This document shows positions 19,001 to 27,881 of a DNA stretch of 64,000 nt, piece after piece (the stretch's first letter is position 1; every line of letters begins with the position of its first letter). A program made the translations under genes and the position numbers. Origin of the DNA: a virus; IMG/VR virus record IMGVR_UViG_3300045988_172778, positions 82,530 to 146,529 of that record, one strand, 5' to 3'. Under the pieces are notes generated by a model. That model was not told where the DNA came from. It ran no database searches and saw only the letters and a program-made list of their open reading frames with translations.

Positions 19001-19269
19001 GTTATGTCTGCTCGGCTGACACAAAGTTTTCACCAAAAATTACGGTTTATAACCTTTATACGGGCAAAACTGAAACGATTAAATGTTACAAAAAGACCTT
19101 TGCCGAGCAACCGCTCACAAAGGGTATGATTATTACTTATTACACCGAAAGCAAGCAGAAAAGTCGGTTAAACCCCGAAACAAAGCAGTTCGAAAAAATC
19201 CCCAACGAATTCGAACAATGGTTTAAGTGGTACCAAATTAAAGAATTTCCGCCAAAGGAGATAGAATAA
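16054..19269 (+). CDS. dnaE: DNA polymerase III alpha (DnaE-type) with N-terminal PHP domain
   Basis: YHLHTEDSLLDS and GFSEHGN (PHP); GSCGGSTIAYLIDIIDVDP; LGDIDIDISP; HPAGIIVSP; DLLGLKNV; FNHSTGYSMIGYTCAFLRYYYPTEF. Confidence 0.92.
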   Translation: MGNKNYVCYHLHTEDSLLDSCTNHRLYSDKAKELGQTAIGFSEHGNCYNWIEKKEYCEALGLKYIHGIEIYLIEHLEPKVRDNYHTILIAKDYEGVKTINSLFSLSTDEAHFYYKPRLSFDEFKSISSEHVIRISACLASPLNKLRDESLIRYYDYLEVQPHINSEAQKEYNLWLYDMAQKYHKPLIAGTDTHSINQYKAECRSVLQTAKKIEFTNEDEFDLTYKSYEELCDMFKTQGVLSEQTYLEAIENTNVMAASIEEFKLDKTFKYAKCYEDDELELKRRCNERYKDKITRGVIKPNKQYIENVREEFRVFKKIGMLGFMLFMSDLVSWCWQNGIPIGFCRGSCGGSTIAYLIDIIDVDPVVWHTVFSRFANENRTELGDIDIDISPTQRELVYKHIIDTYGVDYTGYILAIGTISDKGTIDEIGRALQTRWKRSDKGYLKLVSYYENKGQKPVIDNEFIPYYDEKRKAELLRKYIDDKSPFCLNRIAQIKDEYDQNPENTKKKYPDLFYYFDGLLNTAISQSMHPAGIIVSPITLQDNYGMFWSDGKRILQINMEECHEVSLNKYDLLGLKNVEIIKDTCVFAGIPYPKSYQINWEDQAVWKDMLTSPAGIFQFEGKYAFDMLKQFVPSKINHLSLVNAALRPSGASYRDRLMAHEINKNPSPIIDDLLKDNNGFLVFQEDTIAFLQKICGLSGGDADNVRRAIGRKQKDRLDAALPQILEGYCSKSDKPRAEAEKEAKAFLQIIEDSANYQFGFNHSTGYSMIGYTCAFLRYYYPTEFIAAYLNNANNDDDIQMGTQLAEFKHIPILPPKFRHSKDVYVPDAKEKKIYKGLSSIKFLSSDIASQLYEMRDMKFDSFVDFLKVSPLNSKQLYILTVLDFFSEFGGVGKLLTIVDMYNTYSGKKLLKKETCTLPREAVLQFATETEKQYRITDSAALVSYLCENAKPKEFTLSERLASELEYLGYLSFKSTDARDKYNGYVCSADTKFSPKITVYNLYTGKTETIKCYKKTFAEQPLTKGMIITYYTESKQKSRLNPETKQFEKIPNEFEQWFKWYQIKEFPPKEIE

Positions 19270-20435
19270 TGGCACAAAAAAAATGGAATTTGGACAATTA
19301 TACAGATGAATTAAATAGGAATAATCGACAAATTAAACCCCTTGAAAATTTTACCAATTGTTCTAAACCAATAAAACACAAATGTCTGGTGTGTGATAAT
19401 GTTTGGAAAACATCTCCAATACATATCCTATCTGGGTCTGGATGCCCTAAGCGTGCTATTTTGAGAAATTCGAAAAAACAAAGTTTGGGGAATGATGGAT
19501 ATTTAAAATTATTAAAAAAGAAAAATATAAATATAATTCCCCTCGAAGAATATCAAAATATATACAAGCCGATTCTTCATAAATGCAACGTTTGCTCGTA
19601 TGAGTGGAACATAACCCCAAAAGGTGCGTTAAAAGGCACGGGGTGCCCTAAATGTAAGGGTAGGTTGCCCATAACGGCAAACGAGTATAGAAGCAGATTA
19701 CAAAATTTAAAAACTGGAATTGAATATATAGACAATTTAGAAATTATAAAATTAAAAGGCAGTTATAAACACAAATGTACAGTATGTGGGACTGAGTGGA
19801 ATGGTATACCACGAAATATTTTAAATGGTAGTAGTTGCCCTAAATGTATGGCACAAAAACGTGGCATTAAAACAAGATATACCGCAGAACAATATAAAAA
19901 TAAAATTGCATTAATAAATCCAAATGTGGAATTAATTGGGAATTATGAGGGGACAGAAGTTAAAACATTACACAGGTGCAAGAAGTGCGGCTCCGAGTGG
20001 ATGGTAACCCCACACGAAATAATTAGCGGATACGGATGTGTAATCTGTAATTATTCAAAAAACGCAATAAAAATCAAAGATTTTTTAACAGAAAACAAAA
20101 TTGAGTTTTACATGGAGAAGACGTTTGAAGGATGTAAAAATAAAAGGTTATTGCGTTTTGATTTTTATATACCATCTATGAATTTATGTATTGAATATGA
20201 TGGCGCCCAACATTATAAACCAATAGAACTATTTGGTGGCAAATCTGGATTTGAGAAAACGAAAAAGAGAGATGAGATAAAAAATAAATTTTGTGAAGAT
20301 AACGATATCAATCTATTGCGCCTCAAATATGATTGCGATGTTATAGATATCTTAAGAATATGGATATCAGATTTCGATATAAGTGATTATATTGATTATG
20401 ATGAACTAATAAAGGAACACAAAGAATATGATTAA
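19269..20435 (+). CDS. zinc-ribbon-repeat protein with C-terminal PD-(D/E)xK (Vsr/DUF559-like) nuclease; probable homing endonuclease
   Basis: five HKCxxCxxxWxxxPxxxLxGxGCPxC repeats, then LRFDFYIPSMNLCIEYDGAQHY...INLLRLKY; AT-rich; TAATG overlap with the dnaE stop. Confidence 0.6.
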   Translation: MAQKKWNLDNYTDELNRNNRQIKPLENFTNCSKPIKHKCLVCDNVWKTSPIHILSGSGCPKRAILRNSKKQSLGNDGYLKLLKKKNINIIPLEEYQNIYKPILHKCNVCSYEWNITPKGALKGTGCPKCKGRLPITANEYRSRLQNLKTGIEYIDNLEIIKLKGSYKHKCTVCGTEWNGIPRNILNGSSCPKCMAQKRGIKTRYTAEQYKNKIALINPNVELIGNYEGTEVKTLHRCKKCGSEWMVTPHEIISGYGCVICNYSKNAIKIKDFLTENKIEFYMEKTFEGCKNKRLLRFDFYIPSMNLCIEYDGAQHYKPIELFGGKSGFEKTKKRDEIKNKFCEDNDINLLRLKYDCDVIDILRIWISDFDISDYIDYDELIKEHKEYD

Positions 20436-21432
20436 AAAACCAACAAGATTTTCATACAGCAGATTAAACCAAATGGAAAATTGCCCATTTGCTTATTATT
20501 TAAAATACGAACAAAAGCATTTCCCGAAAGACAGTGCCTTAACAATGGAGTACGGCAATTTGTGCCATTACATTCTCGAAACAATTGGTAATTGCATAAA
20601 AGACGGTAAAGAAATTCCATATGAAAAACTCACAGAGGATTTTTGGAACATCGAATTACACACCCAAGAAAACGGGAAGAAAAAAGAGGATATTCTCGGT
20701 GCTAATCTTCTCGCTAAGAAATATCCCGAAGCGTGGGTAAAACCCAGCCGCGCAGGGAAAACTTACGCAGAAAAGGCAAAATACTTCGCGGCGATTGGAA
20801 TGTATCGTTTGGAATGGTATATACAGGATCACCCCGAGCTTGAAATTGTTGGTTGCGAAGTTCCATTCGAGTTTAAATATAACGATAATTACACATTTTT
20901 CGGATATATTGACCGTTTGTTTAAAGTTAAAGGGCAAAATAAATACGTAATTCACGATATAAAGACCAAGGACAAAGAGTTCAGAAAAGAGGATTTAGCG
21001 ACGCCGTTACAGTTCGTGATTTACGTTTTATCACAGCAAAAGGTCTACGGTGAAGACGCAGAGTTTGAATGTTGTTACGATTTACCTTTCGCAGGTGAAG
21101 ACGGCGTTTGGCAGTCGGCGTTGACAAAGGGTGGAATAAAGCGCGGGCTTGCAAAAATCGACAAGCTTTTTACAAAAATCGAAAACCAAGAGTGGAAGCC
21201 GTCGCCGAGCATTTTGTGCGCTTGGTGCCCGTTTAGCGCAAATAACCCCGATCAACCCGAAGATTGTAAGAATTTGTGTTGTTATTATAATCTTTCCACG
21301 CAAGACGAGTTTGATACTTATCACGTTAAAATGGAATGGAAAGGAATGGATAAACACTTTATTCAGATGAAGAAATTCACGGCATTGCAAGCGATCGACG
21401 AAGCGATCGATGACGATGATTTCGAGATTTAA
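20428..21432 (+). CDS. Cas4/RecB-like PD-(D/E)xK exonuclease with Fe-S Cys cluster
   Basis: N-terminal ENCPFAYY, GYIDRLFKV...VIHDIKTK, QFVIYVL, C-terminal CAWCPF...C. Confidence 0.75.
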   Translation: MIKKPTRFSYSRLNQMENCPFAYYLKYEQKHFPKDSALTMEYGNLCHYILETIGNCIKDGKEIPYEKLTEDFWNIELHTQENGKKKEDILGANLLAKKYPEAWVKPSRAGKTYAEKAKYFAAIGMYRLEWYIQDHPELEIVGCEVPFEFKYNDNYTFFGYIDRLFKVKGQNKYVIHDIKTKDKEFRKEDLATPLQFVIYVLSQQKVYGEDAEFECCYDLPFAGEDGVWQSALTKGGIKRGLAKIDKLFTKIENQEWKPSPSILCAWCPFSANNPDQPEDCKNLCCYYNLSTQDEFDTYHVKMEWKGMDKHFIQMKKFTALQAIDEAIDDDDFEI

Positions 21433-21443
21433 GGAGAAACGAA

Positions 21444-21629
21444 ATGGAATACGATGAATTGATAGAAAAGATAAAAAACGCGCTTAAAATCACCAAACTC
21501 GAAATTTACGAAAAGGCGGATTCACAAGCCATTCTCAAAGAGGCTTGGTCGGACGGATACGAAACGGGGTTTGATGAAGCTGAAGAAGATGCGAGAGAAA
21601 AATACGATTTTACGTTTTTACGGCGTTAA
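21444..21629 (+). CDS. hypothetical protein
   Basis: AAGGAG SD then ATG. Confidence 0.6.
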   Translation: MEYDELIEKIKNALKITKLEIYEKADSQAILKEAWSDGYETGFDEAEEDAREKYDFTFLRR

Positions 21630-21634
21630 AACGC

Positions 21635-21663
21635 TTGACAAATCGATTTTGATGTGATATAAT
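21635..21663 (+). promoter_or_regulatory. sigma-A/sigma-70 consensus promoter
   Basis: TTGACA 21635-21640, 17-nt spacer, TGa then TATAAT 21658-21663. Confidence 0.8.
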
Positions 21664-21686
21664 GGGGTCGTAAATTGGAGGTAGTT

Positions 21687-22055
21687 ATGAAAGAAATAAA
21701 ACATTATGTTTCCGACGACGGTAAAAAAGAATCAACTGATTTAGACGACGTTATAGAGTATGAAAGCATTCAGAATATTAGAAATAAGACTTATATAGAC
21801 ATAGTTAACTATCGAGACAGAACTCGCCTATATAAGTTGAAAGATAAAAAGGATTTATATTATCTAACAAAAAATCTCCATATAGGGCATCCGCAACTCG
21901 AAGATGGTTATATCGGATATGTTATAATTCGATATACTGATTCTGATTATTGTAAAGTAGAGCTTATTTCCGCAGATCAGCACATCAAAAATTTGAAATC
22001 GAAAATAGATGAGTTAAATGAGGAAATTTCCAGAATAGAAAATTATATAAAATGA
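21687..22055 (+). CDS. hypothetical protein, paralog family B
   Basis: GGAGGTAG SD then ATG at 21687; MKEIKHYVSDDGKKES...IEYE matches the gene at 22403. Confidence 0.7.
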   Translation: MKEIKHYVSDDGKKESTDLDDVIEYESIQNIRNKTYIDIVNYRDRTRLYKLKDKKDLYYLTKNLHIGHPQLEDGYIGYVIIRYTDSDYCKVELISADQHIKNLKSKIDELNEEISRIENYIK

Positions 22056-22082
22056 AACGACCATTTTATTTGGAGTGAGAGA

Positions 22083-22406
22083 ATGAAACGTTTGAAAAAA
22101 TATAGATATATTGGTTGCGGGATCGCTAAATCAACAGACAAGATAAGCGACTTTCGCTTGATTGGCGGAAGCCAATTATTTCCCGAAAATAGAGTAGTTT
22201 TAAGAGTAGTAATTCCAGACGATTTGAAACTTTCAAAATATTCATGTGATAATTATTCGACTACGGAAGATCCTCGAACATTAGAAGAATTAGGGTGCGA
22301 CGTTATGATCAGAATAAACGGAAGATGGATAATTAAAAACAATTTGAAACATTTATCAATTAACGAGATATTGGATTTTATTCGGAGGAGAAAAGTTTTG
22401 AAATGA
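22083..22406 (+). CDS. hypothetical protein
   Basis: GGAGTGAG SD then ATG. Confidence 0.65.
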   Translation: MKRLKKYRYIGCGIAKSTDKISDFRLIGGSQLFPENRVVLRVVIPDDLKLSKYSCDNYSTTEDPRTLEELGCDVMIRINGRWIIKNNLKHLSINEILDFIRRRKVLK

Positions 22407-22783
22407 AAGAGATAAAATATTATGTTTCGGACGACGAAAGCAAAAAGTCATCAGATCCAGAAGAAATAAAGGAGTATGAGGCGAAAATAGGCACCGCTGA
22501 AAGATGTTGGGTTTGCGGGTTCAGAGACGAATATAATCGCATGGCGGATATTTTCAAAGTCGACAACTCAGACGACACGCGTTATTTATGCGATTATTAC
22601 CATATTGCATGGGGTTACGTGCCCGATGATTACAAAGGATATGTCGTTGAACATCATCTTGATGACGAGTGGGATAAAAAGAGAATGGTTACTCTCGAAC
22701 AATATTTGGAAGAGTTGAATGAACAGGTAGACAAAAGACAAACTCTTATTTCTAAAATAAACGAAATATGTAATGAAAGATGA
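22403..22783 (+). CDS. hypothetical protein, paralog family B
   Basis: MKEIKYYVSDDESKKS...IKEYE; ATGA overlap with the upstream gene. Confidence 0.7.
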   Translation: MKEIKYYVSDDESKKSSDPEEIKEYEAKIGTAERCWVCGFRDEYNRMADIFKVDNSDDTRYLCDYYHIAWGYVPDDYKGYVVEHHLDDEWDKKRMVTLEQYLEELNEQVDKRQTLISKINEICNER

Positions 22784-22804
22784 GTTTTATAAGGAGCGAA
22801 GAAA

Positions 22805-23290
22805 ATGAGACCACTGATAATGGAAATGATCTATAAATACGACTTTTTAAACAATTTTTACGATTGTAAAGTCACTTACGACGGAATAACTTATCGTAAC
22901 AGCGAGGCGGCTTTTCAGGCTCAAAAGACCAAAACGAAGCACGAAAGATTACGTTTCGCGAATTTACCGCCTCAAAAGGCGAAGTCGATGGGGCGCGGAG
23001 TTGAACTTCGTGAAGATTGGGAAGAAGTCAAAGATCAGATTATGTACGAAGTTGTGAAAGCAAAATTCCAACAAAACCCCGATTTGAAACAAAGACTTTT
23101 AGACACAGGCGACGCCGAAATCGTCGAAGGCAATCATCATAATGATTGGTATTGGGGTGTCGATATGGGAACGATGGAAGGGTATAATAAACTTGGAGGA
23201 ATTTGTGAAAAAGTCCGTGAAGAACTCGGCGGGTGGAAACGAGATTATACCGACAAGGATGTTGGATTAGAGCTAAAATTTGTCGAATAA
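22805..23290 (+). CDS. NADAR (DUF1768/YbiA-like) family protein
   Basis: FLNNFYDCKVTYDGITYRNSEAAFQAQK...REDWEEVKDQIMYEVVKAKFQQNPDLKQRLLDTG...EGN..DWYWG. Confidence 0.8.
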   Translation: MRPLIMEMIYKYDFLNNFYDCKVTYDGITYRNSEAAFQAQKTKTKHERLRFANLPPQKAKSMGRGVELREDWEEVKDQIMYEVVKAKFQQNPDLKQRLLDTGDAEIVEGNHHNDWYWGVDMGTMEGYNKLGGICEKVREELGGWKRDYTDKDVGLELKFVE

Positions 23291-23301
23291 GGAGATAAAA
23301 A

Positions 23302-23718
23302 ATGGCAATAAAAATAATTAAACAAGGCGCAAAAGAATTTCACATAACTTGCCCACATTGCGGTTGTGAGTTTGCCTACGAAAACGAAGACGTATACAAC
23401 TCCGAAGTGATTTGTCCGTGTTGCTCAAAGGCTCTGCCGCACAAAGGTGTGAGGGGTGGAAATGGAGATTTAGACACCGAAACTATTCCGCAATTACAGC
23501 GCATCTATTACGGCCCCAAAACAGGCACGGAATATAACGATTTGGTTTATCGCCCCTTCACGCTTCCCGAATGGGCAACGAAATCGGATAATTTGAGCGG
23601 TTGCGAAGGTTGCCCGAACAATCCGAAATATCTCAAAACGCCTTATGTCGGAGATACTCCTTGTCAGTGGTGTCAGAAAAATCCGTGGAAGGTAACTTGC
23701 ACGTCGAATGTGAAATAG
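23302..23718 (+). CDS. zinc-ribbon protein
   Basis: CPHCGC...CPCC near the N-terminus; ends with TAG. Confidence 0.65.
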   Translation: MAIKIIKQGAKEFHITCPHCGCEFAYENEDVYNSEVICPCCSKALPHKGVRGGNGDLDTETIPQLQRIYYGPKTGTEYNDLVYRPFTLPEWATKSDNLSGCEGCPNNPKYLKTPYVGDTPCQWCQKNPWKVTCTSNVK

Positions 23719-23730
23719 GGGGGAAAAAAG

Positions 23731-24102
23731 ATGTATAAGAAAATTTGTGAATTTTATTTGCCCTTGAATTTGTACGATGAAAGAAGCGGAAGAAATGCTA
23801 TTGATTGTAGCGTATATAGAACAGAAGAAAAAGGCGATTTCGAACTTTTAAAAGAGGAGGTTTGCCCCAAAGATATCAAACCGTTTTTTTATAAAGATGA
23901 TTGTTGGATTGATAATTATGGTAATAATATATACATAGTATATCTTGATGAGAATAGGAGTGGAAGATTTCCGTGTTACGTGATAGAGTCGCTGACGTAT
24001 TTCAAAATAAAGCTCGAAAAGAGATTCAAGGATGTGAGAGATATAGTAGAGGCGTGGGAGCACGCTCTTAAAACGATAGCCTACTCGAAGGTTAAGGAAT
24101 AA
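23731..24102 (+). CDS. hypothetical protein
   Basis: GGGGGG SD-like run then ATG. Confidence 0.65.
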   Translation: MYKKICEFYLPLNLYDERSGRNAIDCSVYRTEEKGDFELLKEEVCPKDIKPFFYKDDCWIDNYGNNIYIVYLDENRSGRFPCYVIESLTYFKIKLEKRFKDVRDIVEAWEHALKTIAYSKVKE

Positions 24103-24127
24103 AACACGTTTTTTATTTGGTGAGAAA

Positions 24128-24535
24128 ATGAAAAAAGAATACGAAATATACCCTAAAACCGAACTAACCAAGGAAATTCTCAATACGATTAAAGTTGGAG
24201 ATTACATAAAAGTGAATTCTTGGAAGCGTCCGTTTACCGTAAGGGCAGTGAGCGAGAATTATTTCATTATGACAGTACCATTTTTCGATTCTTATCGTTA
24301 CAGCATTTGCGAGAAGAATAAACGCGGAGGACGGTATAACGTTTGTTATCGTCCAAACTGCGGGTATTACGAAGATGAATTTGTTTGCGGTCCCGACGAC
24401 CATTATTGTCTCCACGATTACGAAGACCCGAAGGAATGCGAGATCGCGCTCAAAGAACTTGAGGCGGGAGAATTAAAGGTTTCAACGAGGCACGGATTGG
24501 GAATTTGGCAGATAGCCATTAAAAGGAGAAAATAG
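24128..24535 (+). CDS. hypothetical protein
   Basis: GGTGAG SD then ATG; ends with TAG. Confidence 0.65.
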   Translation: MKKEYEIYPKTELTKEILNTIKVGDYIKVNSWKRPFTVRAVSENYFIMTVPFFDSYRYSICEKNKRGGRYNVCYRPNCGYYEDEFVCGPDDHYCLHDYEDPKECEIALKELEAGELKVSTRHGLGIWQIAIKRRK

Positions 24536-24537
24536 TA

Positions 24538-24951
24538 ATGGGTGATTATGTAAGAAAAAAACAGGTATTATATCCACTAACAAAAGAATTATTAAAGAAA
24601 CTTCACTGCGAGGATATTTATTATCTCGAATATAGTTTTCCATTTGGAAGTAAATTTACTACAGAGGAATTTATAGATTATAGTGGTACAAAAAACTATA
24701 ATCAATACTTAGCCTATGAACTTGATATTGATTACGGAGTCGAAAGCGGTGAATTCGGCAGATCAAGATTTCTTAAACCTTCTGAACAAGAAAAATATAA
24801 GAAATTATTTAGCGAAGTAATTCCAGAAGACCTTATAGACCCAACATTATTTAAGTATGTGGATTATTGTTGGTATAATTATTGTGAGGCAGATGACTAT
24901 TACGTAAAGAAAGATTATTTTGAAAAAGATTATTTTGAAGAGGAAATCTAA
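24538..24951 (+). CDS. hypothetical protein
   Basis: AAGGAG SD then ATG. Confidence 0.65.
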   Translation: MGDYVRKKQVLYPLTKELLKKLHCEDIYYLEYSFPFGSKFTTEEFIDYSGTKNYNQYLAYELDIDYGVESGEFGRSRFLKPSEQEKYKKLFSEVIPEDLIDPTLFKYVDYCWYNYCEADDYYVKKDYFEKDYFEEEI

Positions 24952-24979
24952 CAGAACACATTTTTTATTGGAGGTTAAA

Positions 24980-25483
24980 ATGAATATGCAAACAATTGAT
25001 TATAAAAAAGTAAAATGCCCAAAATGCGGGAAGTCGTATTTCCGCGTAAAAGACAACTCGAGTTTCACAACCTTGGCTTTTATCATCAAGCCCGAGCCGA
25101 TTTATAAAGACGGCGAGTTGCAAGACCCGACCGAAGCTGAACCGATAAAAGTGCGTTGCGGATGTTTGGAATGCGGATGCAACTTCCGAGTTGAAACACA
25201 CGACGTTCACGGAGATTATCGGTTTATCGACGAGGACGAGGAACGGAAAGAAAACGAGAGAAGACTCGCGGAAACTTTTAAGGTGCTGAAAAAGGAAACC
25301 GAGGAGTTTGAAACCAAAATCAAGCCTGTCGTTGATTCGCCGTTGCAATTAAGCAAAACCATTGAAATTGACAAAACACCCCTTACTATAAAGACTTATC
25401 AGGAAGTGGTAAAAGAAGAGCTTGACGAAATAAAAGAAAGACTCTCGAAGTTAGAAAATAAAGTTTTGGGAGAAAATCAATGA
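24980..25483 (+). CDS. zinc-ribbon and coiled-coil protein
   Basis: GGAGGT SD then ATG at 24980; CPKCG...CGCLECGC. Confidence 0.65.
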   Translation: MNMQTIDYKKVKCPKCGKSYFRVKDNSSFTTLAFIIKPEPIYKDGELQDPTEAEPIKVRCGCLECGCNFRVETHDVHGDYRFIDEDEERKENERRLAETFKVLKKETEEFETKIKPVVDSPLQLSKTIEIDKTPLTIKTYQEVVKEELDEIKERLSKLENKVLGENQ

Positions 25484-25980
25484 GATACTTTGTTATAGGG
25501 GACACCCATTTTGGGCATTCTAATATTATTAAATATTGTAATCGTCCATTTAGAGATATAGAAGAAATGGATAAGACTTTAATCAAAAATTGGAATGAAA
25601 CCGTGTCTAATCACGATACAGTTATTCATCTTGGTGATTTTGCTCTTTGCACAAGAGAAAGAGCGAGGGAGATTTGCTCACAATTAAATGGAAAGAAAGT
25701 CTTAATAAGAGGCAATCATGATAATTGGACCGACGATTTTTATAGAGATATTGGTTTTAATTATGTGAGTAAATTTCCTATTATTTATGGAGGAAGTCCT
25801 GATAATAATGGGTTTTATATGATGTCTCATGTCCCTCTGATGTTAAGTGAAACCACTCCATATTACAATTTTTATGGTCACGTTCACAACGATTCTAAAT
25901 TCGTCGACACCCCAACCAGTAAATGTGTATGTGTAGAGAGAATAGGGTATAGACCTTATTTATTTTTGGAGAAGAATTAA
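25480..25980 (+). CDS. calcineurin-like metallophosphoesterase
   Basis: GDTHFGH, HLGDF, GNHD and GHVH motifs in canonical order. Confidence 0.8.
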   Translation: MRYFVIGDTHFGHSNIIKYCNRPFRDIEEMDKTLIKNWNETVSNHDTVIHLGDFALCTRERAREICSQLNGKKVLIRGNHDNWTDDFYRDIGFNYVSKFPIIYGGSPDNNGFYMMSHVPLMLSETTPYYNFYGHVHNDSKFVDTPTSKCVCVERIGYRPYLFLEKN

Positions 25981-26190
25981 GCTGATATTTAGCGCTTTTA
26001 AATAAAATTTGAATTTTATCGAGGTGATTAAATAGGAAATTTAGTTATTAAAGAAACGAAAGTATATTTATACGATAAGAAATTCGGAGCAAAACGGCTA
26101 ATACTAAAAGGATATAGTAGCGGGTATTTAGAGAGCAGGCCAAAAAGTTATTTGGAAAATTCTAACGGGAGATATATAACTTTCGGGAAA

Positions 26191-26221
26191 ACCCCGTTCA
26201 AACGCTTGACAACGGGGTTTT
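26191..26221 (+). terminator. terminator hairpin enclosing a -35 box
   Basis: ACCCCGTT (26191-26198) pairs with AACGGGGT (26211-26218), then TTTTATT. Confidence 0.6.
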
Positions 26222-26234
26222 ATTGTGCTATAAT
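26206..26234 (+). promoter_or_regulatory. sigma-A/sigma-70 consensus promoter
   Basis: TTGACA 26206-26211, 17-nt spacer, TGc then TATAAT 26229-26234. Confidence 0.8.
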
Positions 26235-26256
26235 AAAACCACAATCGGAGGTAGTT

Positions 26257-26523
26257 ATGAACTGGAAAGAAGAATTCATCAAATTATTAGAAGCAGAAAC
26301 TTTTAAAACCGACTCGGAAATCGACGATTACGCCGACGAACATAATTTGTCCGCAGCTGACGTTTGGCACTGCTATGCGGAGTATAGAGACGATTGTTTG
26401 ATTAAACAATCGATTGGGACGCCGTGTGAGGGCTGTAGATACGTTACTCGAATAGGAGGTTTTGTATCGCCTTGTTATGAGTGTTGTCGAAATAGACCTG
26501 ATTTTTATGAGGAGAGAAAATGA
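26257..26523 (+). CDS. hypothetical Cys-rich protein
   Basis: GGAGGTAG SD then ATG at 26257; the ORF-track start at 26152 would read through the promoter. Confidence 0.7.
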   Translation: MNWKEEFIKLLEAETFKTDSEIDDYADEHNLSAADVWHCYAEYRDDCLIKQSIGTPCEGCRYVTRIGGFVSPCYECCRNRPDFYEERK

Positions 26524-26771
26524 TTACATTTAAAGAATTGCAAACACTTGCCGATATATTCTCAAAACCCGTGCCTGATAACCCGATATTAAGCGACATA
26601 GAAGAGACGCTCGAATGTGCCATAATAGAAGGCAGAACACGTTTTAGCTATGTGTCGCTTAAATACGATAAAGAAGTAGCCGACGAAGCGATTCGGGAAT
26701 TGGAAAAGTACGGGTATGATTGTTCTCATTATTCTTATAATGACGGCAATTTAGAGATAGAGTTTGAGTGA
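26520..26771 (+). CDS. hypothetical protein
   Basis: ATGA overlap; GAGGAG SD. Confidence 0.65.
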   Translation: MITFKELQTLADIFSKPVPDNPILSDIEETLECAIIEGRTRFSYVSLKYDKEVADEAIRELEKYGYDCSHYSYNDGNLEIEFE

Positions 26772-26804
26772 TAAATAAAAGGCACGTTTTATTAGGAGGT
26801 AGTT

Positions 26805-27002
26805 ATGCGTAGAAAACACAACGGGAAGATTTACTTCCCACATTATGAAGAAACTTGGCTCGCGAATACTCTGACCGCGATGGTTAAAAGTATGCAAGAA
26901 ACTGGGCATTTATATTATGTTGAATGGAACGGGGAATTCTATTACAGCGACGAAGTAAAAATAGATGGGAATTCGGTTATGTGTGAGGGGAAAAATGACT
27001 GA
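26805..27002 (+). CDS. hypothetical protein
   Basis: AGGAGG SD then ATG. Confidence 0.65.
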   Translation: MRRKHNGKIYFPHYEETWLANTLTAMVKSMQETGHLYYVEWNGEFYYSDEVKIDGNSVMCEGKND

Positions 27003-27210
27003 ACGAGAAGTGGATATATTTGAAGAAATACTATTTGACAAAGTAAATAAAGCGGAATTCGCACGCACGATTGAGCAAGAAACCGCTGAAGACATTATTG
27101 CGGATTTGAAGAATTATATCGCTGAATACGGGCATATTACAAAAAGTATGCTTGATGAGTTGATAGAAAGATATGTATCGAGATACGGCGTGGAGGTTGA
27201 AGATGACTGA
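26995..27210 (+). CDS. hypothetical protein
   Basis: ATG at 26995 behind GAGGGG, overlapping the upstream stop. Confidence 0.6.
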   Translation: MTEREVDIFEEILFDKVNKAEFARTIEQETAEDIIADLKNYIAEYGHITKSMLDELIERYVSRYGVEVEDD

Positions 27211-27868
27211 TTTATATTTAGAAAGCATTGGGTTTGTAAACCCAACAATAGTTGAACGCGATAACAACGGGAAAATCGAACGGCTTGAATCAGTCGGTCT
27301 CGATATAGTAAGTTTAGTCGCTTTTTGGAGGAAGTGTTTTGATTTGGACGGACTTCTTTTCGAAAAAATCACTCTCCATTGCAAATCGAAAGATTTTAAT
27401 GCGATAGGAAGGCGCCCGATACCACAGTGTCTTAGCGTAAGAGAATTGCTCGCGGAACAAGGCGTTGAATTTGTGATAGACGACGAGTGGTTTAAAGGCA
27501 AAGAAGAGAATGATTACAAACAGAAGCTTATCGCGACAGAAGAACGTTATGATACGTTGACTAAAACATCGGTTGAGGCACTCGAAAAGAAAAACGAAAG
27601 GATAAAAAAACTACAGGCTGAAAACGAAAAGCTCAAAGCCACGCTCGCAATGGCAGAGGAACATTTTCATGAGCCATTGCCGTTTGTTAATGAGTTTGAT
27701 ATCGCAATCAGAGAAGCCGAAAAACAAGGCGGCAAAAAAATGAGGGATGCGATTATCAATGTGATGAGTAACCGCAATTATATGGGCGTGAGTTATAAAT
27801 GGACTTCATTTAGCGATAATGATATAAATAACATTTTCAACGAAGTGTTTAACAATGATAAAGAATAA
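27203..27868 (+). CDS. coiled-coil hypothetical protein
   Basis: ATG at 27203 behind GGAGGT; central heptad-like region (KKLQAENEKLKATLAMAEE). Confidence 0.65.
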   Translation: MTDLYLESIGFVNPTIVERDNNGKIERLESVGLDIVSLVAFWRKCFDLDGLLFEKITLHCKSKDFNAIGRRPIPQCLSVRELLAEQGVEFVIDDEWFKGKEENDYKQKLIATEERYDTLTKTSVEALEKKNERIKKLQAENEKLKATLAMAEEHFHEPLPFVNEFDIAIREAEKQGGKKMRDAIINVMSNRNYMGVSYKWTSFSDNDINNIFNEVFNNDKE

Positions 27869-27881
27869 GAGGTATATAAAT

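Noticed and set aside
25981-26190. 210-nt gap after the metallophosphoesterase gene, considered as a possible small RNA or ORF
   Set aside because: No SD-preceded ORF, no promoter and no convincing helices could be found by eye. It may simply be spacer upstream of the terminator-promoter unit at 26191.
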